The notes below the pieces were generated by a model. That model ran no database searches. It was given only the letters and a program-made list of their open reading frames with translations, and was not told the DNA's origin. DNA of 10,416 bases from Candidatus Micrarchaeia archaeon (GTDB taxonomy: Archaea; Micrarchaeota; Micrarchaeia; Micrarchaeales; CABMGC01). The position numbers and the translations under genes are program-made. Below, one piece after another: positions 1 to 7,316 of the stretch. The first letter of the stretch is position 1. Each line of letters starts with the position of its first letter. Where the stretch lies: the NCBI GenBank assembly GCA_049976305.1, contig JBMFIM010000020.1:1-10416 (forward strand), read 5' to 3'.

Positions 1-24
1 AAATCCCTGGGCAGATGGCACTAA
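1..24 (+). CDS. Possible 3' end of a convergent CDS entering from the left edge (...KSLGRWH*), product unknown
   Basis: Frame 1 reads AAA TCC CTG GGC AGA TGG CAC then tandem stops TAA TAA (22-27), ending about 18 nt before the tRNA 3' end. Only 7 codons are visible, so this cannot be confirmed. Confidence 0.25.
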   Translation, partial: KSLGRWH

Positions 25-44
25 TAAGAACTGCCAGAGCCTAA

Positions 45-115
45 TGGAGGCACAGGGAATCGAACCCAGACCTTCACCGTGTAAGGGTGACGTCCTACCA
101 TTAGACTATGCCTCC
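45..115 (-). tRNA. trnV: tRNA-Val (anticodon UAC), intron-less, CCA not encoded
   Basis: The reverse complement GGAGGCA-TA-GTCT-AATGGTA-GGAC-G-TCACC-CTTACAC-GGTGA-AGGT-CTGGG-TTCGATT-CCCTG-TGCCTCC-A folds into a cloverleaf: 7-bp acceptor stem, D arm with GG, perfect 5-bp anticodon stem with TAC at 83..81, TTCGA T-loop, discriminator A at 45. Confidence 0.96.
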
Positions 116-1323
116 CTTGCATGCCTTTCGCAGAACTCTATTATTTTATTTATTGCTAGGCTTAAAATATCTTTTTGTGCCAAGCACACAATCCTCACAT
201 AGCCTTTTGCGCCGAAGCCAGAGCCTCTCGAAAGCTGCACATACTCTTCTTTGAGCAAAGACTCTGTAAACTCCTTGTCGTTCTTGAAGCCGAGTTGTTT
301 CAGATTTACCTTCGGAAACAGGTAGAATGCAGCCTGCGGCTCTATGGTGTGCATGTATGCGCTTTTGTTTACGAGCTTTGTGGCAAGTCTAACCCGCTCC
401 TCTATCTCCTTTACCATGCTTCTTACCTGCTTCTCGTGCTCTTTGCTGTTTACAAGCGCTTTGGCAAAAGCATACTGTGCAGGCGTGCTTGCCGAGAGCC
501 TTGCCTGCGCATAGTCCACAAGCTTAGCAAGAAGCTGCTCTGATTTTTCATCATGCTCTGGCACAAGCACATAGCCCAGCCTAAAGCCTGTCGCGTCATA
601 AGCTTTCGATGCTCCGTTAAATATTGCATAAGGCACGCCTTTCGCTATTTCGCTTACGCTTGTGAACTTTGCGTTGCTGAAAACTATTTCATCGTATATC
701 TCGTCGCTTATGAGCATTATGCCATAGTTGTTTGCAAGCTCTACGATCTCCTCAAGCACTTTCCTATCAAGCACAGTGCCGGTTGGATTGTTTGGGTTTG
801 TTATGAGCATGTATTTTGGCCTTTTCCTAGCATTCTTCTTTATGGTCTTTTCAAGCTTTTCAGTATCTATGTTCCAAGAAAGGCTTTCATAATAATTTTC
901 AAATATGGGCTTGCCTCCGTTCTCTAGCAGGTAGAGGGGATAAAGAGGATAATAGGGCCTAAACAGAATTGCCGCATCGCCAGGATTTAGCAGTATAGCG
1001 TTTATGAAGTCTATCGCCTCGCTGACTCCCTGCGTTACTACTATGCTTTCTGGGCTTATGCTTAATCTGTACATTCTCCAATACCTCTCTGCAATTGCTT
1101 CCCTAAGCTCTTTAACGCCGGCTGCATTGGCGTATGCGGTCTTGCCCTCTTTCAGCGCCTCGACAAAAGCCCTTATTATATAGCCCGGGGTTTTGAAATA
1201 CGCGGTGGGATCGCCGGCATTAAGCTTTATGACATGCTTACCTTGCTTTTCAAGCTCCGCCGCAAGCTTATCCTCTTCAAGCAGCGGGTTATAGACATAG
1301 CGGCTTTTTCTTGATGCTATCAT
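106..1323 (-). CDS. PLP-dependent aminotransferase class I/II (alanine/aspartate aminotransferase, AlaA/Thermococcales AlaAT-like), 405 aa
   Basis: Motifs KLNAGDP, ITNPNNPTG, ISDEIYD and FNGASKAYDATGFRLGY (PLP-binding Lys in SK), plus C-terminal GSGFG...YVRI. The ATG overlaps the atpD stop (ATGA, 1320-1323). Substrate specificity is inferred. Confidence 0.93.
   Translation of the reverse strand: MIASRKSRYVYNPLLEEDKLAAELEKQGKHVIKLNAGDPTAYFKTPGYIIRAFVEALKEGKTAYANAAGVKELREAIAERYWRMYRLSISPESIVVTQGVSEAIDFINAILLNPGDAAILFRPYYPLYPLYLLENGGKPIFENYYESLSWNIDTEKLEKTIKKNARKRPKYMLITNPNNPTGTVLDRKVLEEIVELANNYGIMLISDEIYDEIVFSNAKFTSVSEIAKGVPYAIFNGASKAYDATGFRLGYVLVPEHDEKSEQLLAKLVDYAQARLSASTPAQYAFAKALVNSKEHEKQVRSMVKEIEERVRLATKLVNKSAYMHTIEPQAAFYLFPKVNLKQLGFKNDKEFTESLLKEEYVQLSRGSGFGAKGYVRIVCLAQKDILSLAINKIIEFCERHAREA
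160..177 (-). promoter_or_regulatory. Putative BRE/TATA promoter for tRNA-Val embedded in the aminotransferase CDS
   Basis: Minus strand CAAAAAGATA-TTTTAAGC (purine-rich BRE-like, then TATA-like at 167..160) lies in a locally AT-rich patch about 45-50 nt upstream of the tRNA 5' end. Confidence 0.4.
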
Positions 1324-1940
1324 GCGCTTCCCCTAGCAAGCTTTGCTTTTACATGCTTGAGCGAGACGAACATATCTCTATCCATCTCGTCTATCCTCAT
1401 TTCTATGTACTTCGCATTGCTCTTTATTTCAGGTATTACCTTGTTTTCAAGCGTGTTTATCTGCTTCTTTGTTTTCTCAATTTCAAGCACTGCTTTCCTC
1501 AGGCCGTGCTCAAGCTGGGCAGTGTCAATAAGCGCCTGCAAGGCTCTTGAGAAAGTATCGCTTATCTCGTCAACAGCCAAGCTGGCGCCGAAAGGCACAC
1601 TCGGCTGCTGAGCCTTTACAACGCTTATTTCTGGTATCTTCACCCCCATTACATTCTTTATTTCTATGCCAACAGGGTTTGCCTTCTTCATGTAATAGGC
1701 CATTTCTCCAAGCTCAAAATTGCCTATGTAGGCGTTTGCAATCCTTACCTTCTTGTATCCTTCGTTTACAATCTGCACAAGCGCATTTCTTCTTTTCCTT
1801 GGCTCTGATAGAAGCTTGAGAAATTCGGTCACGAGCGCCTGCCTCTTGTGGACTAGTATCTCGTGCCCTTTCTCAGCTATCGCCAACCTTTTCCTAAGTG
1901 AAAGAAGGTTTGTCCTTGTGGGGTTAATCCTGCTTTGCAT
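1320..1940 (-). CDS. atpD: A/V-type ATP synthase subunit D (central rotor), about 206 aa
   Basis: [41 protein letters not shown] and [18 protein letters not shown] are subunit D signatures. Start chosen at ATG 1940 (MQSRINPTR, preceded by GGCGA) rather than 1967 of the track. Confidence 0.95.
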   Translation of the reverse strand: MQSRINPTRTNLLSLRKRLAIAEKGHEILVHKRQALVTEFLKLLSEPRKRRNALVQIVNEGYKKVRIANAYIGNFELGEMAYYMKKANPVGIEIKNVMGVKIPEISVVKAQQPSVPFGASLAVDEISDTFSRALQALIDTAQLEHGLRKAVLEIEKTKKQINTLENKVIPEIKSNAKYIEMRIDEMDRDMFVSLKHVKAKLARGSA

Positions 1941-3315
1941 TCGCTCGCCTGTAATACTTGTCAACATACTCCTTCTTTATCCTTGTAAGGTCTGTTTCAG
2001 GAAGCATGCTGAGAAGGTCCCAGCCTATTTCCAAGGTTTGTTCGAAAGTCCTTCTCTCGTTTACTCCCTGCTTTATGAATCTGTTCTCGAACTCGTTGCC
2101 GAAATCAAGGTAAAGCCTTTCGTTCGCGCTCAGCGCCTCTTTGCCTATTATTGCGCTTATGCTCCTGACATCTTGCGCCCTTGCATACGCACCATAAAGC
2201 TGGTCTGCAACCCCTTTGTGATCTTCTCTCGTTTTGCCAGGACCTATGCCATTGTTCATAAGCCTTGACAAAGAGCCGAGGGGCTGTATTGGAGGGTATA
2301 TGCCCCTGTTTGCGAGCTCCCTGCTCAGGAATATTTGTCCTTCTGTTATGTAGCCAGTAAGGTCTGGTATTGGATGAGTAACGTCATCGCCAGGCATTGT
2401 GACTACATTGAGCTGGGTTATGCTGCCCTTCTTGTTCCTTATCACTCCTGCGCGCTCGTAGATGCTTGCCAGGTCAGTGTACATGTATCCTGGGTAGCCT
2501 CTTCTTCCTGGCACCTCTTCCCTTGCGCTCGAGATTTCTCTTAGTGTTTCTGCGTATTGAGTCATGTCGTCTAGTATAACAAGCACATGCATGTTCTGCT
2601 CAAACGCCAAGTACTCAGCTTCTGTAAGTGCAAGTCTTGGAGTTAATATACGCTCTATGCTCGGATCGCTGGCCAGGTTTAGAAACATCACAGTCCTGTC
2701 TGCTGCACCGCTTTTCCTTATTTCCTTCATAAAGAAGGCAGCATCATCGTAGGTTATGCCTATTCCTGCAAATATCACCGTGAATTCCTGCTCCTTGCCC
2801 TTGACAGACGCCTGCCTTGTTATCTGTGCTGCAAGGAGGTTGTGCGGCAGGCCTGCACCTGAAAACAGCGGAAGCTTTTGGCCTCTAAGAAGGGTGTTGA
2901 GGCCATCAATTGCAGAAATGCCTGTTTCTATTGCTTCGCTCGGCCATGCCCTTGCGCTCGGATTTATAGGCATGCCGTTAATATCTCTCTTCTCGTCAAA
3001 CGCCACCTTTTCGCCGCCTATAGGCTTGCCTTGGCCGTTGAACACTTTGCCAAGCATATCTGTGCCCACACCTGCCTTGTAAGTTTCCCCAAGGAATGTT
3101 ACGCTTGTCGTTTTGATGTTTATGCCTTCTGTTGCGCCAAATACCTGCACAACGGCATAGGTGTCAGTGGTGTCGAGCACTTGGCCGAGCTTTTCTTCCC
3201 CGTTCTCAAGCCTTATCCTCACTATTTCATTGTATGCCGCGTTTCTTACCTTCTCTACAACAATCAACGGGCCATATGCCCTTTGCAGTGTGTTGTATGT
3301 TATTTCAAACCTCAT
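1924..3315 (-). CDS. atpB: A/V-type ATP synthase subunit B (non-catalytic), 463 aa
   Basis: [57 protein letters not shown] and SLSRLM (Arg finger). SD-like AGGTGA lies 4 nt upstream of the ATG. Confidence 0.98.
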   Translation of the reverse strand: MRFEITYNTLQRAYGPLIVVEKVRNAAYNEIVRIRLENGEEKLGQVLDTTDTYAVVQVFGATEGINIKTTSVTFLGETYKAGVGTDMLGKVFNGQGKPIGGEKVAFDEKRDINGMPINPSARAWPSEAIETGISAIDGLNTLLRGQKLPLFSGAGLPHNLLAAQITRQASVKGKEQEFTVIFAGIGITYDDAAFFMKEIRKSGAADRTVMFLNLASDPSIERILTPRLALTEAEYLAFEQNMHVLVILDDMTQYAETLREISSAREEVPGRRGYPGYMYTDLASIYERAGVIRNKKGSITQLNVVTMPGDDVTHPIPDLTGYITEGQIFLSRELANRGIYPPIQPLGSLSRLMNNGIGPGKTREDHKGVADQLYGAYARAQDVRSISAIIGKEALSANERLYLDFGNEFENRFIKQGVNERRTFEQTLEIGWDLLSMLPETDLTRIKKEYVDKYYRRANAKQD

Positions 3316-3319
3316 TCTA

Positions 3320-5104
3320 TCACCTTTGCGGAGACGCCGCCTGCAGGGTTTGTTCTTGCTTCCTTATCAGCTCGCCTATTTCCTTCTCTATTTCCTCGTT
3401 TATTTTCTTTGCCACTTCGTTAATTTCACTTTCCTTTACCTCTTTCATTCTTGCAATTTCATGCCTGCAGTTTGTGCCTACAATCTGCTCTGTGGGCACG
3501 CCCTTTTCAGCGGCTTCCATTCCTTTTTTAGCAAAATGAAGCATCGTAGAGAGCATGAGGTTCTGCTTGTTCAGGCTTGTATAAGTGTCGATATCATCAT
3601 AGGCGTTTTGCCTTAGGAAGTCCTCTCTCAGCATTTTCCCTATTTCTAGCACAATTCTTTGCTGGTTTGGCAGAGCTTCTTCGCCCACAAGCTGGACAAT
3701 GTCCCTTAGGTCTGCCTCCTGCTGGAGAAGCTTTAGCGCCTCTTCCCTGTTCCTTAGCCATTCTTCTCCTATGTTTTGCTTGTACCAGGGCTCTAGCATG
3801 TCAAGGTAGAGGGAATAGCTGTTGAGCCAATTTATTGCAGGGAAATGCCTAGAGCTTGCCAGTGCAGCATCAAGAGACCAAAACGTCTTGACTATCTTGA
3901 GAGTGCCCTGTGTTACAGGCTCGGTGAGGTCGCCTCCAGGAGGTGATACTGCGCCTATTATCGTCACTGCGCCGACCTTTCCAGATAGCGTCTCTACCTT
4001 TCCTGCCCTCTCATAAAATTCTGCAAGCCTTCTAGGGAGATATGCCGGGTATCCTTCTTCTCCAGGCATCTCCTCAAGCCTTGTAGAAATCTCTCTCATT
4101 GCCTCAGCCCATCTAGAAGTTGAGTCTGCCATTACAGCGACGCTATAGCCCATGTCTCTGAAATATTCTGCAATTGCGACAGATGTGAAAATGCTAGCTT
4201 CTCTTGCAGCTACTGGCATGTTGCTTGTATTGGCTATTAGCACAGTTCTGCTCATCAGCGGTTCGTTTGTCCTTGGGTCCTTGAGCTCTGGAAACTCTGT
4301 CAGCACCTCTGCCATCTCGTTTCCGCGTTCGCCTGCGCCGCAGTATACTATGATGTTTGCATCGCTCCATTTTGCAAGCTGGTGCTGGGTTACTGTCTTG
4401 CCGCTTCCGAACGGGCCTGGAATAGCTGCGGTGCCTCCTTTGCCTACAGGGAAGAAGGTATCGATGACTCTTTGCCCTGTAATAAGAGGCTCTGTTATAT
4501 CTATTCTTCGCTTTACTTTTGCAGGCCTTCTCACGGGCCTTGTCTGCATCATGCTTATGCTTGCCTCTTTGCCGTCGGCCTTTTTAATTGTTGCAACGGG
4601 CTCTGTTATTGTGTAGCTGCCTTCCTTTATGCTCTCTATTTTTCCACCAAGGCCGTAAGGAACGAGTATGTAATGCCTGACAAGCTTGGTCTCGTCTACA
4701 TATCCAATTGCCTCTCCTTCCTTTACCTCGCTTCCCTTCTTTGCAACAGGTACAAATTTCCATTTCGTTTTTCTGTCCAGGCTAAATATGTTTACCCCTC
4801 TAGCTATGAATGCCCCCGTCTTCTTCTCTATTTCCTCAAGGGGCCTTTGCAGGCCATCGAAGATCTTGCCAACTATGCCAGGTCCAAGCTCCACTGATAG
4901 AGGCATGCCTAGGGACTTAACAGGCTCTCCAGGCCTTATGCCTGATGTGTCCTCATAGACCTGCACTATTGCCCTATCTCCTCTAAGCTGTATTATCTCA
5001 CCGATAAGTCCAAGCTCTCCTACCTTGACGACGTCGTACATGCTGCTTCCAAGCATTTCCTTTGCAACAACCAAAGGCCCAGTAATTCTCTCGATTTTTC
5101 CCAC
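3320..5104 (-). CDS. atpA: A/V-type ATP synthase subunit A (catalytic), about 594 aa, no intein
   Basis: Walker [54 protein letters not shown] and [13 protein letters not shown]. Start placed at GTG 5104, 5 nt after GAGGTGA. The track's GTG 5113 lies inside that SD and is the alternative. Confidence 0.98.
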   Translation of the reverse strand: MGKIERITGPLVVAKEMLGSSMYDVVKVGELGLIGEIIQLRGDRAIVQVYEDTSGIRPGEPVKSLGMPLSVELGPGIVGKIFDGLQRPLEEIEKKTGAFIARGVNIFSLDRKTKWKFVPVAKKGSEVKEGEAIGYVDETKLVRHYILVPYGLGGKIESIKEGSYTITEPVATIKKADGKEASISMMQTRPVRRPAKVKRRIDITEPLITGQRVIDTFFPVGKGGTAAIPGPFGSGKTVTQHQLAKWSDANIIVYCGAGERGNEMAEVLTEFPELKDPRTNEPLMSRTVLIANTSNMPVAAREASIFTSVAIAEYFRDMGYSVAVMADSTSRWAEAMREISTRLEEMPGEEGYPAYLPRRLAEFYERAGKVETLSGKVGAVTIIGAVSPPGGDLTEPVTQGTLKIVKTFWSLDAALASSRHFPAINWLNSYSLYLDMLEPWYKQNIGEEWLRNREEALKLLQQEADLRDIVQLVGEEALPNQQRIVLEIGKMLREDFLRQNAYDDIDTYTSLNKQNLMLSTMLHFAKKGMEAAEKGVPTEQIVGTNCRHEIARMKEVKESEINEVAKKINEEIEKEIGELIRKQEQTLQAASPQR

Positions 5105-5109
5105 AATTA

Positions 5110-5430
5110 TCACCTCTCCAAGTCTATTCCTATAGCCCTTATTATGAGCTTTCTAAGCATGTCTTCGCCAACCTCTTCGCCGTATTCAGGCAAGTCAACA
5201 ACCATCGGCAATGTGCTGGTCTCTATCCTTCTCTTTAGCTCCTTGTCAGCAATTCCCCTTATGAATCTGCTTGACACTCCTATAATCCCTATGTCCTCCC
5301 TTGCAAGAAGCCTCTTTATGAGCGCCTCAGCCTCTTCCTGCTTCTCCACTACATATGCCTCTTCTACCCCAGCGAGCTCGAAGCCTGTGCACAAGGCTTC
5401 GTTGCCTAATATGGCAATCTTGTACTGCAT
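5110..5430 (-). CDS. atpF: A/V-type ATP synthase subunit F, 106 aa
   Basis: [33 protein letters not shown] and [13 protein letters not shown] match subunit F. Located between C and A, with AGGGTG upstream of the ATG. Confidence 0.95.
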   Translation of the reverse strand: MQYKIAILGNEALCTGFELAGVEEAYVVEKQEEAEALIKRLLAREDIGIIGVSSRFIRGIADKELKRRIETSTLPMVVDLPEYGEEVGEDMLRKLIIRAIGIDLER

Positions 5431-5432
5431 GT

Positions 5433-6485
5433 TTACACCCTTTCTGGCAACAGCATGCCCAACTCCTCTTCGCTGAGCCCGTATTGCTTGCCCTTGAGCA
5501 TTATCCTTATCCTAAGCGCCTCAAGCTCCTTGGCATAAGCATAGCCGACTATGGTTGCGAATGAAAGCACAGTGCTTGCCAAGGCTACGCTTTTCCTCAA
5601 CAGTGCGTTATTCATACCTATCTCTACCTGTGCCAGTATTCCTGTCTTTTTCCAGTTTGCAATGCCTTCTGCGAGGCCCTCTATGCCCAAACCTTCAGCA
5701 AGCTCCTCCACATTCTTCGCCTTTGCATAGGCCTCTTTCATTGTCTCGATGGTTAGCATGCCATACGGCACTATGTTTTTCTCTATCGCCTCAAAGCTAA
5801 GGCCCGCAAGCTTCGACCTTATCAACGTTATCGCATTTTGCATGTCTATGCTTGTCCTGAGTATGCGCATTGCCTTCTGGTCTTCAGCAAAAAGCTTCAT
5901 AGAGCTTGTCGCAAGGAGCATAAGCAATCCGTAGTCGAGTGCATTTATGGCATCGATGGCATTGCGGGTTTTATCATAAGCCGCTCTAGCATCGTCTATG
6001 ACCTGCCTGAGCGTGTGCGCTGCTTTTGATGCGAAGAAGCCGAGAAGGTCTGAAATGTCCTTTTTCTCCATTGCCTCCTTTATTGTCTCTGCCTTGAACG
6101 GGCCTCTGTCAATGACATAAGCAGCAATGCTCTCATAGCTGAGCTGCCTCTCCTTTGCTTCTATTGCAAGCTTTATGTTTGCAAAATCCCATTTTGCTGC
6201 GAGCATGCGCATAATTGCTTTGTGCCTGTCAGGGGTAAGCCTTACAAGCTTCTCCATCTTCTCAGCTATGTTCTTGCTTATTGCGAAATCTATAAGCTCT
6301 GCCTTAGCGCTAGTGCCTCCGAACTCTATGAGGTTTTGCTTGTAGTCAGTGTTGTAGAGTATGCTTATCATCTCCTCAGCATCTTTGGCCTTTTGCAGCT
6401 TCTGCATAGTCTCTGCATCGATGAGTCTGGCCTTCATGGCTTTGACCCTTGTGTTTGCATAACCATACTCAACGATGTGTATCAT
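5433..6485 (-). CDS. atpC: A/V-type ATP synthase subunit C (d/AC39 family), 350 aa
   Basis: N-terminal YGYANTRVKAMKARL, KWDFANIK, IDMQNAITLIRSK and C-terminal GYAYAKELEALRIRIMLKGKQYGL. ATGA overlap with the atpE stop. Confidence 0.94.
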   Translation of the reverse strand: MIHIVEYGYANTRVKAMKARLIDAETMQKLQKAKDAEEMISILYNTDYKQNLIEFGGTSAKAELIDFAISKNIAEKMEKLVRLTPDRHKAIMRMLAAKWDFANIKLAIEAKERQLSYESIAAYVIDRGPFKAETIKEAMEKKDISDLLGFFASKAAHTLRQVIDDARAAYDKTRNAIDAINALDYGLLMLLATSSMKLFAEDQKAMRILRTSIDMQNAITLIRSKLAGLSFEAIEKNIVPYGMLTIETMKEAYAKAKNVEELAEGLGIEGLAEGIANWKKTGILAQVEIGMNNALLRKSVALASTVLSFATIVGYAYAKELEALRIRIMLKGKQYGLSEEELGMLLPERV

Positions 6486-7054
6486 ATTCCAGCACGCTTC
6501 TTAAGCTCCTTGTAGACCCTGCTTTCTATTTCATCGCTGTACTGCTTTGCTATCTCTGCAGCAGAGACATGTAGGTATATTTTGCCATCTGCCGATTTGA
6601 GCAAAAGCTCATAGGGCTCAGCATCTTTTGCCTCTACTTCTATGCCAAGCTTTTCCAGAATAGGCTTGTACTTTGTGCTTGCTATTGCTTTTGCACCGCC
6701 CTCCGGATTTGCCTCTGCAAACGCCTTTGCTGCCTGCTCGACTATCTTGTCGAATCTTTTCTTGCTTGCCTGCTCAACAAGCTTGGCTACCTTCTTCGCC
6801 TCCGCCTCTGTGGCCCTGTCAAGTGCTTCGCTAAGGATTGCCTTCTCGCTTGCCCTTATCTCTTGCTCAATCTCTTGCCTCTTTTCTTTACTGCTCGCTT
6901 CGTGCTTAGCAGCAAGCTCCTTAGCCTGCTTTTCTGCATCTTCCTTCGCCTTTGCCAATATTTCCTGTGCCTGCTTTTCTGCATTTGCTAGTATCTCCTC
7001 AGCCTGCTTCTCCGCCTCTTTCCTTATTTTCTCTATTATGTCTTTTACGGGCAT
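6482..7054 (-). CDS. atpE: A/V-type ATP synthase subunit E (peripheral stalk), about 190 aa
   Basis: MPVKDIIEKIRKEAEKQAEEILANA begins a charged coiled coil, followed by a C-terminal KSADGKIY domain. Located between K and C. Start is ATG 7054 (or 7063). The track's 7102 start overlaps atpK and is unlikely. Confidence 0.88.
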   Translation of the reverse strand: MPVKDIIEKIRKEAEKQAEEILANAEKQAQEILAKAKEDAEKQAKELAAKHEASSKEKRQEIEQEIRASEKAILSEALDRATEAEAKKVAKLVEQASKKRFDKIVEQAAKAFAEANPEGGAKAIASTKYKPILEKLGIEVEAKDAEPYELLLKSADGKIYLHVSAAEIAKQYSDEIESRVYKELKKRAGI

Positions 7055-7082
7055 ATAGGTCATTTGGCAAGCTTGTGCAAGC

Positions 7083-7316
7083 TCATATAAGGCCTGCTGC
7101 AAGCATTATCAGTATTGCTATCACGAACCCGAAGATTACGAGGGTTTCTGGTATTACCAGGAACAAAAGCACTTGGCCTGTAGACTCGGGCTTTTCAGCA
7201 AGCAAGCCCATGCCTGCAGAACCAATGCCTTCTTGGGCAAGGCCTGTACCTATTGCTCCGCCAAGTATTGCCAAACCAGCTCCTATTGCCGCTATCGCCG
7301 ATTCCAATCCTATCAT
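7083..7316 (-). CDS. atpK: A/V-type ATP synthase subunit K (c, proteolipid), single hairpin, 77 aa
   Basis: Two hydrophobic Gly/Ala-rich helices, loop AEKPE and ion-binding Glu in IPETL (E57). ATGA overlap with the atpI stop. Confidence 0.96.
   Translation of the reverse strand: MIGLESAIAAIGAGLAILGGAIGTGLAQEGIGSAGMGLLAEKPESTGQVLLFLVIPETLVIFGFVIAILIMLAAGLI

Noticed and set aside
7..37. Short inverted repeats downstream of the tRNA (TGGCA/TGCCA; CTGGGCAG/CTGCCAG) as a terminator, or a second tRNA fragment or att site
   Set aside because: Stems are only 5-7 bp with long loops and no clear U-tract, no cloverleaf can be built, and there is no duplicated tRNA 3' end or integrase in the window.
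4380..4430. Possible intein at the AtpA P-loop, a known insertion site in some archaea
   Set aside because: [17 protein letters not shown] is continuous and the protein is of normal length.
6840..7050. Quasi-repeats in atpE (AEKQAEEIL / AEKQAQEIL / AEKQAKEL) and similar ones in atpH
   Set aside because: Normal 11-residue periodicity of right-handed coiled-coil stator subunits, not an independent DNA repeat.
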